Position numbers and translations under genes: made by a program. The notes under the pieces were generated by a model. That model was given only the letters and a program-made list of their open reading frames with translations. It made no database searches and had not been told where the DNA came from. DNA of 64,000 bases from positions 2,508,765-2,572,764 of the forward strand of contig MU057801.1 of assembly GCA_013265495.1 (NCBI GenBank). Reading direction: 5' to 3'. Below are positions 47,996-59,511 of this stretch, one piece after another; the first letter of the stretch is position 1; every line of letters starts with the position of its first letter. Origin of the DNA: Vicugna vicugna. Taxonomy: Eukaryota.

Positions 47996-50900
47996 CCCCC
48001 GGCCTCTGTGGGGTCCATCCATCACGCTGCCAGCTGTACCCTGTGGAAGTCAAGAAGCCGTCCTCTCACATCGTCCGAGAGTCTCATGTGTGGGTTCGCC
48101 TCTGTGTGCTGCCTCTGCGAGCCCGGAGCTGCTCCTGGCAAACACTTGCACCTTCCGCCTGTGGCTCTGGTCCAGCAGGAGGGCCGGGGAGCGAGTGCCT
48201 GGGAGCAGCCGGGGAGCAGCGGTGGGCAGGGCACGGTGTACGAGGCCCCTCGGGTGGGGCAGCCCTGCGAGCAGGCTCCCGGGCCCAGCACCTGCAGCTC
48301 ACACGCCCTGGGCCCTTCTCTGCTGCCACTTGCTCAGCTCTCCCTGCCCGGTGTTTCCAGAACCGCCTCCCAGATGAACTGTCTCCACTCCAGTCCTCGT
48401 CGTGGGGCCTGCCTGGCAGACTTGGGCGTCACCGTGGACGCTGAACTGGGGTCCCACCGGGATTGTGTGCTGAGGCAAGCGCCACCCCCGGCCAGTGAGG
48501 CGGGCTGGCCGTGTCACTGGGGGGCAGCATCCCTTGAGAAGGGGCCTCGCCTGTGCGTGTGGTCGCCCCTGGGACTCACAGAGCGTCACGCCTCCCAGGA
48601 TGAGTCATCTCCCGGGCACCGAGGGGAGGGAGTCTCAGGGAGACAGACGCGCGCGTCCTCACAAAGGCATCCTCCCCTGCGGAGCCACCTGGGGAAGAAG
48701 GTGACTTTGGAACAGCCACCCGTCGGCCTCCGAGGGCACTTCAGTGATTTCATAGACAGAGGTCGTCCCCTGGGCCTCCCTCCCAGAATCTCGTAAGAAC
48801 ACGTAGCTCGCGTTCCAGACCAAACGCCCCTCCCCAAGTGCAGTGGCATTTGGCTTTTGGCCAGGAAGGCGTGGACCCCTGCCGGGCTGTCCTCAGCCAC
48901 TGAAGGTGACAAGTCAAAGTAAGACGGGTGTCGGCAGCTGAAGCGCAGAGCGTCATCGGACTCCTGCTCCCAGGGTGTCTGGAAAGCACCTGCATTTACA
49001 TTTATTCTGCCTTAAACTCTGACCAGTTAAGACCTTCAGTGGACATCAACGTAACTCTGACAGAGCCGTGCCACGCTCTTTCGGACGTCATGGCGTGAAG
49101 TATGTCGCAGCCGTGCGCCACGTTTTGGGGGTCCTTTATCCCCGCTGTGTGAACAGGCTTTGCCCCAGATTTGTGTCTGGGTCCCAGCGGCTCTGTGGTC
49201 TTCCAGCACCTGGTGAGCGAAACACCGCCCCCTCCTCTGAGCCGCTCCCTCCTGTGGGCCGCGGAGGGAGGCTGGCTTCCCTCACCGGAGCAAAGGCTGC
49301 TGGTGGCTGGGGGTTGATGAGGTGGTTCTGCCTGGATCGATCACCAGGGCGTGAGAAGGACACAGCTGACAAGACTGGTTAATTAACCAACTACTGTGTA
49401 GGTGGTACCAGCAAGGTGAAGGGGAAAGACTGGGGAAGATGAGCCAGAACCAGGAGAGAGGCCAGTGCCCCAGATCCGTATCCTGGCGTCCAGAACCACC
49501 GTGCTCACAGCAGGCGCGCAGGAGGAACACAGTCAGCACCGTGACTCACCGTGTCCACGCGGTAAAAATAGCCCGGGCTCCTGAGACGCTCGCCCGTCTC
49601 TGCTCCTGAGATGAGACGCAGAGTCCTCACGGAAACAGCGCTGCACAGCCCCCCGGACCCCCCCCAGGGGCCTCCCCACCGCTCCCGGGCCCCCTGCCCG
49701 GCCCCAGCCTTCCCACGGCCCCACCTGCGCGGCTCACCTGTGAGACGCACCGCTGCCTCCCAGCACCAAGGACAGCGCCTGGCCCGCGCAGGCGCTCGGT
49801 CTGTGTTGCTGGATGAGTGGGTTGAAGACTCTCCTTCCTTCAGGTCTGCTCCTGACAAAGACGCCGCCTGGGCTCCAGCCGGGCAGCTCGTGCCACAGGC
49901 GTGCTTGGCGGGTGGGTCTGGAGTGGCCTGTTCCAGAGCAATGCAGGCCGCGGCGTCTTTACCCCAAGGCTCAGGGAAAGATGCCGTGTAAATGGGACCA
50001 TGTAAATAACAAAAAAGTTCAAGGAAGCCCATGGAAGGAAAACAGGGAGTGGCGGGGGCTGAGACAGAGTGCAGAAACGCGCACCGGCCGCCTGCGGGCT
50101 GGCCGGCCCCGCCCTGCGCCTGGGGCCCCGTCTGTGGCTGCGAGGCCATGTGGGGGCCGGTCCTGGGGTTGTATCTTCTCTATTGTGAAGCACAGACATT
50201 CTTAAGTTTGCCGCCTTCTTCAGAGCGGGTCAGGACCCAGAGTTGAAATCTGTAGTTCATGAAGAGTAGCTTTAACTTCAGGGAAGTAAAAACAGGTCAG
50301 CGGCGCTGGAGCACAGAAAGTTCGGGGTCGCAGCTGAGGTGCAGAACTAGACGGGGCTGGTGTTTGCTGGGCCTCCTGGGCCTTGGTCGGCACCCAGGAC
50401 CGGCGTCCCTGGTGGGATTTACCCGAGTGTCACCAGATCACAGTGTTTCTGGAAGACCCCTGTGGCCACCGCCCCTGCTGGGAACAGGTGTGGGAGGAGC
50501 CGGGAGACGGTGAGACAGCCTGGGTCCCAGACGGGAATCACAGGACTTTCAGTGACTCGATTTCCACGATGAGAAGGAGGAGGGGGTAAAACAGGCTCCC
50601 AGGTCTGGGACTTGGACAGGTGGCCAGGGGGTGGGCGTTGTCAGACACAGGCAGGGAGAGGAGCCAGCAGGGGGCCTGGCATGCATTGAGTCTGATGCTT
50701 TGAGAGGTCCTGGTGGGGCTCTGTTTGTGGCACGTGGGTGGCAGTTGGCACCCGGGGAACAGGGACGTTATGCGGGAGGAAGGATTAAACCCAGCACCCA
50801 GGGCTGGATGGCGGAGGGTGACCTGGCAAAGGGTGGGGAGGCCTGGGATGAGTGGGCCTGGAATGAGGGGGCCGGGGTATGGGAGGGCCTGGGCCTGCTG

Positions 50901-52520
50901 TCAGGAAACCAATCCAGGTTTGGGGGAAGAAGGCCCCCGGAGACGGAGTGTGGCAGCAGCCCTCCCTGATGCCGCCAGCATCCTGGTGTAGCGTCACACT
51001 GTTCCCCTGAAAGCTGGACGAATAGAATCTCAAACTTACACTTTCCAAAATTCAAGTCTCTGGAAGTCCTGTAACCAGGAAAGGTCCTGACCTGGACTGG
51101 CCTGTGGCCTCACTCCAGGGCAGTGGTGCCCCTGGACCCACCCTGCAAGTTGACGTGGTCGCCACGGCCAGCGGGCCACCCCGATCAGCTGGTCAGTTGG
51201 CCAGACGAGGAGAGCAGCGAGGCGACAGGCAGGTAGCTGCAGCCTGGGTCCTCGTCCGCCCGGGGGGGACATGAGAACAAGCACTGGCTGGGGGGTTTGG
51301 ATGCAGGTGGCTTTCTGGGGAAATGACTCAGGGACGAGAGGGTGCAGGCGAGGGGAAGGGTGGTGACAATCAGTGGCTCCTTAGCAAGAGTCTGCGCACG
51401 GGCGACCGGTCCAGCCCGAGGGTGGTCCCGGCACCACCGGGGTCCTCGGTGCCGAGGTCACTCCTGGGCCGCTGACCCTCCCCCCAGCCGGCAGGCACGC
51501 GGGCCAGACCACACCTTCTGCGGCGCCCGCTGCAGGATGGGCATCGCGGGCGTACAGGCCGGTGGTCGGTGTCTGCCGCAGCAGGCTCAGGAGCTGTTCC
51601 TGGGTTCTCCTGAGGGAGGAGCCAATGAGAATCGGCGAAAGCCCGGTCTTTTGCGGGAGATGCTGCTGCTGGGGGCTCACTCCTAAGGCCCCTCCTTTGT
51701 GTGGATCCGGTCCGAGCCTGTTCCTCTGCACTAGCAGGAACCCAGACCTGGCCACAATCAGAGGGCTGTGAGCTCGGGAGCCCAGGGAGGGGCCGCGGGG
51801 CTGGGAAGAAGCCCCTCCCTGCACCAGCACAGCACACAGGGCAGGTGTCGGCGAGGCCGCAGGCTCCCCTGGTTGCTTCTGAGGATGTCCCTGCTGGAGA
51901 AAAGAAAGTGCGCCCCAGCAAGCGTGAGCCGGGCGCTTGCACCCGGACCGGCCTCCTCTGCTGTCCGACCAGGCCGTCTGTCTCCTGGTCCAGGACACAC
52001 TGTGGACAGTTTGCCCAGAACTTGTGGACCCATGCAAGGGTCTCATCACTAAGAAGGGCAGGGGGTGGGCAGGAAGTGCACTGTTCTCGCAAATCCAGGA
52101 CTCGCTAAGCAGGAAGGTTGGGGGCCGTGGTCCCTCGTAAGAGCCCCGCCCAAGGGGCTGCTCAGGGGTAACTGGAGTGGAGGGTCTGGGTCTCCCTGAG
52201 ACACGTCTGGGCTTAAAAGCAAAGTCCAATAAAAAAGGAAAAAACTGCCTGAGGAGAGGCTAAAACACGGACAAGGGAGGTGGGAAAGATGCAGCAAGAT
52301 GACCACACAGTGGTAACAGTGGGGAAACGGGGAGTTAAAAATAAGGAGATAATATTGTAACTGTCAAATCACTCAAAGCCCCAAGAAAGAAACAGTTCGA
52401 TAAGATTTTAAAAAGACTGACAATACCTGTTAAAAATAAGCAAACAAAAAACAGAACCAACACAATTAGGGAGGAAGTCTCAAAGTTAAAGATTGTAATT
52501 TAAAATAAAAGCCAAAAACA

Positions 52521-52798
52521 TCAGTATCACTAATTATCAGAGAAATGCAAATCAAAACTACAATGAGGTATCACCTCACACCAGGCAGAATGGCCATCAT
52601 TCAGAGGTCCACAAATGACAAATGCTGTAGAGGCTGTGGAGAAAGGGGAACCCTCCTACACTGCTGGTGGGAATGCAGTTTGGTGCAGCCACTGTGGAGA
52701 ACAGTATGGAGATTCCTCAAAAGACTAGGGATAGACTTACCATATGACCCAGGAATCCCGCTCCTGGGCTTATACCCAGAAGGAACCCTACTTCAGGA
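52521..52798 (+). pseudogene. L1 ORF2p C-terminal fragment (Cys-rich region)
   Basis: Open frame [21 protein letters not shown]...[23 protein letters not shown]...[14 protein letters not shown], classic L1 ORF2; interrupted by N gap. Confidence 0.95.
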
Positions 52799-53002
52799 NN
52801 NNNNNNNNNNNNNNNNNNNNNNNNNNNNNNNNNNNNNNNNNNNNNNNNNNNNNNNNNNNNNNNNNNNNNNNNNNNNNNNNNNNNNNNNNNNNNNNNNNNN
52901 NNNNNNNNNNNNNNNNNNNNNNNNNNNNNNNNNNNNNNNNNNNNNNNNNNNNNNNNNNNNNNNNNNNNNNNNNNNNNNNNNNNNNNNNNNNNNNNNNNNN
53001 NN
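52799..53002. other. Assembly gap (204 N) inside L1
   Basis: Run of N. Confidence 1.
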
Positions 53003-54800
53003 TAAGTCAGACAGAGAAAGAAAAATACTACATGATATTACTTATATGTGGGATCTAAAAAAAAAGGAAAGAAAAAAACAGGACACTAATGAACTCATCT
53101 ACAAAACAGAAACAGACTCACAGACACAGTAAACAATCTTATGATTACCAGGGAAAGGGAGTGGGAAGGGATAAATTAGGGAGCTTGAGATTTACAAATG
53201 TAAGCCACTATATATAAAAACTGATTTTAAAAAAAGGTTTCTTCTCTATAGCACAGGGAATCATGTTCAATACCTTGTAATAACCTTTAGTGAAAATGAA
53301 TGTATGCATGTACATGCATGACTGGGACACTGTGCTGCACACCAGAAATTGACACATTGTAACTGACTGGACTTCAATGAAAAATAAAATAAAAGCAGAA
53401 AACAAACGAGCACTCAAATTTTCCAACAAGACTAGGAATTGGGAGCAAAATGCAGCTCTTCAAAAGTGATAAAAAAAAAATACAGACATGATTTTTCTGG
53501 CTCCCAGGCCCACCTTCCCCACAGGCCCACTTGGGAAAAACAGAATTGAAGGAAAAAGGAAATAAATAGGGACAGAAGTAAGGAGCCTAAGATTAAATAA
53601 AGAGCACTGCTGCCAGGCCCATGAGAAATAAAAACACGGTTACCCAGATGCCAAGCCCCGCGGCAGGATGCGTTCATAGTGATTTGAGGAAGTAACACGG
53701 TGTAGAAAGACTATAAATGAAGTGTGTGAAGGATTCCGCAGGCTCGAGGTGCAACTCTGTCCGGGGTGAGCGTCAGTTCACTGGATGATGTCCCTGGGAT
53801 TTTTGCAGAAACCCTGGTGCAGACACCAGTCACTCGGAGTTTACGGCCCAATGGGCTACAGGTGTGCTCTGCTTCACCCGAGAGGGCTTCCAGGGACTCA
53901 GCAGAGGCGCACACGTGCGCACACGTGCACACACGCACAACCTCAGTTAGCTGTGATTTTAGGATAAATCTGGAGCTCTGGTTCCCCATGTGCTCTGGGC
54001 TCCATCTCCCATTATCACCGGTGGTACTGCCCTCCTCCTGCGCTGGTGTCGGCGATCCAGCCTTGCCCGGTGCCCACTTCTTCTAACTCTGGGGCCTGCT
54101 CTGTTGGAGCCCCCCGCTAAGGACAGAGGAGGCTCCCAGTCCCGTGGGCTGCATGGGCCATGGGGCGTCTGCAGGGCGGGGCGTGAGGACTGGGGCCTGT
54201 GCTCTGGATTCCCCGGAGCCATCAGGGGAGGAGCGGCGATGGCGTGAGGCTGGAGCAGTGTCTGTGTCCGGGAGGCGGGGAGCTGGGCAGGGCTGGCGGG
54301 GCCGGTGGTGAGAGAGGCCGTCGCTCAGAGGCAAAGCCTGAAGGCATTTTTGCAGCGGCAGTAGGTGTCGTGCAGAAACCAGTTTTCCAGTAGGAATTCT
54401 GCTGTCCTGGTGGAAACACTGGATCACCTGGTGATCCCTTTTCTCACTTCCTAGGCTGCAACCAACCTTTCAGCAAAATGTTTTTGTCAAGAGAGACGCC
54501 TCGTTCCGACAGAAAGCTCAGTCTTCCAAAGCTCCCGGAGACGCTTAGCTGCCTGGCGCCCGTCCAGCTCCAGCCGAGTTCCGAAGCAGTATTTCGCGCA
54601 CGTGTGTATGTGTATGTGTGACTTTAAGCAAGGGCAGCAATGGTACTCAACCGGGAGGCTGATCAGAAGCAACACATCCTGAGGTTCTTGTATTTTCTGC
54701 AAAGTGGTAAAAGAACGAACTTACGTTCCACTCAAATAACTCAAATGCACCATATTTTATTGACTTGGACGCCAAAGTCCTGGCTTCCTTTTTTGAAGTC

Positions 54801-55440
54801 ATTTTTTTATTGTGGCGAAACACACCTTATGTAAGACTCACCATTTTAACCGATTTTGAAGTGCAGCTTAGTAACACTGAGCACATTAACAGCGCTGAGC
54901 GAGCGTCACCCCAGCCGTCTCCAGAGCCTCTCCATCCTCCCAAGTTGAAACTTACATCCACGGAACAGCGATCCCCGCCCCTCCCAGACCCCCTAGCCGC
55001 CGCCCCGCCTTCTGTCTCTGTGCATTCGACAGCCAGGTACTTCGTGGAAGTGGAAGCAGACGGTGTTTGTCCTTTGGTGTCTGGCTGATCTCGCTCAGCA
55101 TGATGCTTCCAGCTTTCGCCCATGTGGGTGCAGGTGCAGAATTCCCTTCCTTTTTAAGGCTGAGTAATGTTCCACGGTGTCTAGATCACGCTTGGTTTAT
55201 CCGTGCACCTGCTGATGGACACCTGGGCTGCTTCCAGCGTGAAAACTGCTGCTGTGAGCACGGTGCGCACACGCCTCCCTGAGGCCCTGCTTTCAGCTCT
55301 TCCGGATAATTACCCGGAAGTGGGAGTGCTGGGTCGTGCGTAGCTCGGTTTCATTTCTGAGGAACCACCATGCTGTCTTCTGTGGTAGCTGCACCCTTTG
55401 ACGTGCCCACCAGCAGTACATAGGGGCCCTGATTTCTCTG
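54801..55440 (-). mobile_element. L1MB-type 3' end, antisense
   Basis: ttttttattgtggcgaaacacac...accattttaaccgattttgaagtgc...ccttcctttttaaggctgagtaatgttccacgg...ctgctgatggacacctgggctgcttcc...ttctgaggaaccacca. Confidence 0.9.
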
Positions 55441-55964
55441 AAACAATGGTTACCTTTGCTAGGATAACAAAATACTAAGTAGTGGACGAAACTATCAGTG
55501 AGAATTCCCACGCCCTCAGCTCGGGGCCTAGCACCGCATCCGCGCCCCCAGCCTGCCCCCGAGGCAGTGCGCGCCCACCTGCCTCTCCCAACGCCCCGCC
55601 GCCCCTTGACGCCCACTTACTTCTGGCTCTGCGCAGTGGACTCTGTGCTTTGGGAGGGTGGGCTGTGGCTTACCTGGGGCCCGAATTCAGGGCGCCAGGT
55701 CCCGTCTCCTGCCCCCGTGCAGCCGTCCGGGGGTGTAGGCTTCGGCTCTCGTCGGTCACTCTTGTCACTGCGCCTGGACTTGTCTTCCTCCCGCAGGAGG
55801 AGGCGGCGGGCGGCACACCTGCCCCTCCCTCCCTCGTCCCTGTGCCTTCCCGGCGGGGTTGACGGTGTCCTTGCCTTGCCTGGAGCGCGTGAGTCCAGCT
55901 CAGTGCCTGTGCCAGACCCTGAAGTCAGGCGCCCGGGCCGGGCCTGGCTTGCTCCCAGGCGAGA

Positions 55965-56150
55965 CACGGAGCCAGTCACTCAGCCTCTTAGTCCTCAGTT
56001 TCCGCGTTGATGGAATAAGGATAATGGGAGAACCTGCCTCGGGGTCGTTGTGAAAATTAAACGGAACGAACCTCATCAGGGTTTTAGCTCCACGCCTGAC
56101 GTGCAGGGAATGCCCAGCGCTTGGTGGCCAAGACGATGGTGATGATGATG
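55965..56150 (+). mobile_element. MIR
   Basis: cctcagtttccgcgttgatggaataaggataatgggagaacctgcctcggggtcgttgtgaaaattaaa, ending in gatgatgatg. Confidence 0.7.
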
Positions 56151-56179
56151 ACGGAGACCTGGTGACCTTTAAAATCTGT

Positions 56180-57600
56180 TTCTCGTTATGTAGATTCCAG
56201 CTGCTCAATTATCAAACGCTGTCGCCCTGATTCCGTAAACCCACGTTGGGTGAAACACTGTCTCCTCCTGACCGGCTGCCGGTGTCCGACCCGCGGTGCC
56301 CGAGAAGCATTCTCAGTGTCTCGGTCAAATGGGCTCTGTCTTCTGACGTCCGTGGCTCCCCAGGAGAATGGGGACCTTTGGTTTTTGTGTGTGCACAAGA
56401 CGGCATTCTGGTAGCGCTTCCGGTTGTGTGGTTTCCTTCTGGAGTCACTAAATGACCTTGTCGGGACCTCGAGGGCAAACGTGTGCCTTCTCCCAGCATC
56501 GCGGGGGTCGCAGTGTCGCGTTTGCTCTCTTTCCCGCTCTCGGAGGCGGCCTCCGTGGAGCCCAGATGGCGGGTGGGGCTGGGCAGCCTGGGCAGGACAG
56601 CTGGGGCTTCTTTTCACCCATTTCTGGAGTTATTCGCTGTTTCTTCTATCCCTGTTTACCCACTTCCTTAGTTCTCCGCTGTCCTTTTTTTCCGGAGTCA
56701 GTGTACGAGCTCCTTAGTCAGAGGGTGCGTGTGAGCTGAATTCTCTGAGCGCTGGAGGACCGATCGCTGTCATTCTGTCTCCCTTTTCTCTGGGCTCACG
56801 CCTGAACGCTTGCCTGCTCGGCTGCGCAACCTACAGTTTTCCTCCCAGCTTTGAAGGCTTTACGCCCACAGTCTTTCTGGCCTGTGCTGTCCTAGTGGAA
56901 GCCTGCTGTCAGCCCACGCGCCCCCGCACCCTCAGCCGCACCCATCCTCCCTTCTCTTGGATTTCGTTAAGTGTTGGATACAGCTGTCTTTCCCAGGAAG
57001 ACCCGTAACATTCCTTTAGCAATAGTTTAGTGACGTCTTCGAGAGAGGGAAGATCATCAGTGTGCCAAGCGGTCCGTCCAGAGTCCGGAGCCTGGCGGGG
57101 TCCCAGGTGCCCTGCCCTCCTCGGGGCCACCAGCGGGCAGGTTGCGGAGAACCACCCTGGTGGGTCGTTCTCTGCGCTGTGCCTCCGGTCCCTAGTCCTC
57201 TGTCTCTGACCCCTTCTCGGTCGCCGCCTTTCCCTCTGTTGTTACGACTTCGTTGACTTGGGGGTTGATGCATCCTGTTTAGCCTTTATTGTCCTAAGTG
57301 ACGCGTTTAAGGCTCGCTTCCCGCCGGTCGCCCTTCGCCGGCACTGCCAGACTTTGATAAGTAGTTGGTCTTCATCTGCGGCTTTTCCAGCACGATTCAG
57401 TTCTCAATAGTTGTGTATTTTGTTACGATTCTTCTTCGGTCCGTTGGTTGTGAAAGTGTTTCTCTTTTTTCTTCACTTCCAAAGAAGAGTGGTTTTTATG
57501 AAGCGTATTGACTTTTACATCAACCGTGTTGTGGTTACAGAACGTGGCCTTCAAGGTACTAACTGTGTGCGATGTGGTGGCACTTCCTGGCTTGGTCCTT
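56180..57600 (-). mobile_element. Ancient L1M internal fragments, antisense (boundaries uncertain)
   Basis: ctgaattctctgagc, cccagctttgaaggctttacgcccacagtctttctggcc...gcctgctgtcag resemble the L1 ORF1/ORF2 junction in antisense; T-rich + strand. Confidence 0.5.
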
Positions 57601-57880
57601 TGATCCACTTCTGGAAAGGAGGGAGGGAGGGAGGGAAGGTGAGGAGAAACAGGAAAGGAAAGAACACCTGGGCTGGGAAGAGTCTCCTCCGGTTTTGGGT
57701 GCAGCCCTTATGCACGCTCGCTGGTCGAAACTGTTGTTGTGTTGTTGACGAAGAGGCCGCATTATCCCCGTGAGCCTGTCGATCCTGCCCGGGAAGCGGT
57801 GGGGCGAGCTGCTGTGTGCCCGGGGCGTGCGCGGGGCCAGGCGGGAGGCTCTGGCCGGGCCGTGCTGGGCGCTGGCGTCG

Positions 57881-57894
57881 CCGCCACCTGGCGC
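57881..57894 (-). promoter_or_regulatory. CTCF-like motif (reverse)
   Basis: Minus strand GCGCCAGGTGGCGG matches 13/14 positions of core CCRSYAGRKGGCRS. Confidence 0.4.
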
Positions 57895-58984
57895 CTGCTT
57901 CGTTTAGACTCATTAAGCTCCTCCGGGTCATTTTCCGCCCAGGACTCTCCTTGTGCGTCTTCCCACCCCTTTGCTTTCAGTGCTTCCGTGTGTCTCCGGT
58001 AAACAGGCAGCGTATGTCCGGATACTCCTTCAAATCCAGAGGGAAGACTTGCGTTCACTGCACTCCTCACGAATCAGCGCCGCTGCGAGCACCGACGGCT
58101 TTCACTGCCGGTCTCGATCTTTTGTGTTTGTTTGCCCTGCCTTCTCTTTGCAGGCGCATGCATTTTTTCTCTCTCCTGGTTTGAAATGCGTGTTCTGTTT
58201 GGTAGTTATCCTTGAAATCTTCGCAGGCACAGTTGACCTAAGTCTAAAGCTGAATCATTCAACACGCCTCCGTTGTCTTCCTGCTGCCCGGCGGCCTGGC
58301 GGCCTTCGTCCTCCGATGTTGGTTGCTGAGCAAATTATCTGCCCTTTCCCTCCAGCTGCTTTTACGGTCTCCCTGAATGTCGTGTCTGTCGGTCAAGTGC
58401 AGCGTGTGGGTCCCGGCTGTGGGGAGCTTGCCTGCTTGCTGAAGGCGGCTCATCCCCTCAAGGGCTTAATCCCAGACTCCGGCTTCTTGTGCCACGTGGA
58501 TCATGTGTCCCAGACCGTGGAGTCTCTGAGACCCGTCTTAGCATGTCCTCGCAGAAGGGATCTGCATTTGCTTCTGCCAGAGTCAGGGCGGAGGGTTCAC
58601 CGCCCCAAGCACCCACCCCCGAACCAAGTGTTCCGCTGTGATTCTCCAGGCTCAGGGAGCGGGAGCCCTCGGGGCGTGAGTGCAGGCTTGCGGCTGGACA
58701 GTCTCAGAGATGAAGGCGCCCCAGCACCCGCCCAGGGCAGCAGGTTCCCCCACGATCTTGGCCACAAGGATGCTTGCTTGCAAGACTCCTGTCCCTCCCG
58801 CTCACTGGAGGGGGGAAGGCGTCCTGCTGAATCTGTGCTCTCTTTCACAGTCTTCGCACGGAATTCTTTGACCCGTGGGCAGCTCCATGTCCCCAAACCA
58901 TGGAGTGGGCTGGGGTGGCTGTCGCTGCTGTTGACGGTCAGGGTGGAGGCAGCGTCACTTGCACTGAGGGTGCTGGTGGTGTTC

Positions 58985-58986
58985 AT

Positions 58987-59021
<35 letters not shown>

Positions 59022-59035
59022 TGGTGGTGGTGGTG
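58985..59035. repeat. (GGT/GGC)n triplet repeat
   Basis: atggcggtggtggcggtggtggcggtggcggtggcggtggtggtggtggtg. Confidence 0.9.
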
Positions 59036-59053
59036 CTGTGGGAGCCAGATGGC

Positions 59054-59377
59054 CAGGAATCGGTCAGCTTTTTCAGTAAGAGCCCGAGAATAAATATTTT
59101 AGGGTTTTAGACCATCTGGCCTCTGTCACAGGTGCTCAACAACTCTGCCCTTCTTATGCCCAATAGCCGTGGGCACGTGTGAATGAGCAAGGGCACGGGG
59201 TGTGGTTCAACAAAACTGTATTTATGGACTTTGGAATTCCTTACTTTTCGTGTATCATGGAATATACTTCTTGTCTTCAGTCATTTAGAAATGTAAAAAT
59301 CTTTCTTAGCTTGTGGGCTGTACAAATGCAGGCACTGGGAGGGATTTATCCTGTGGCCTGTAGTTTGCCAATTCCTG
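59054..59377 (+). mobile_element. MER58B-like hAT-Charlie non-autonomous element, near full length
   Basis: Terminal inverted repeats caggaatcggtcagc / gtttgccaattcctg; internal taaatattttagggtttt, caacaaaactgtatttatggac, tttagaaatgtaaaaatctttcttagc. Confidence 0.85.
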
Positions 59378-59380
59378 GCA

Positions 59381-59511
59381 ATGGTGGCGATGGTGGTGTT
59401 AGAGATGGTGATGGTGGTGATGGCGGTGGTGGTGGTGATGGCGGTGGTGGTGGTGATGGTGGGTGGTGGTCATGGTGGTGGTGGTGGTGACTGTGGTGGT
59501 GGTGAAGGTGG
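59381..59511. repeat. (GGT/GAT)n triplet repeat
   Basis: atggtggcgatggtggtg...gatggcggtggtggtggtgatgg...ggtggtggtgaaggtgg. Confidence 0.9.

Larger units (their letters stand above)
52513..53384 (+). mobile_element. Young 5'-truncated lineage-specific L1 with 12-bp target-site duplication
   Basis: ORF2 C-terminus, cetartiodactyl-type 3' UTR and A-rich tail; TAAAATAAAAGC at 52501-52512 and 53385-53396. Confidence 0.95.

Noticed and set aside
57953-59110. 385-aa ORF
   Set aside because: No recognisable family; runs into the GGT/GGC repeat (AVVAVV...) and a MER58 element.
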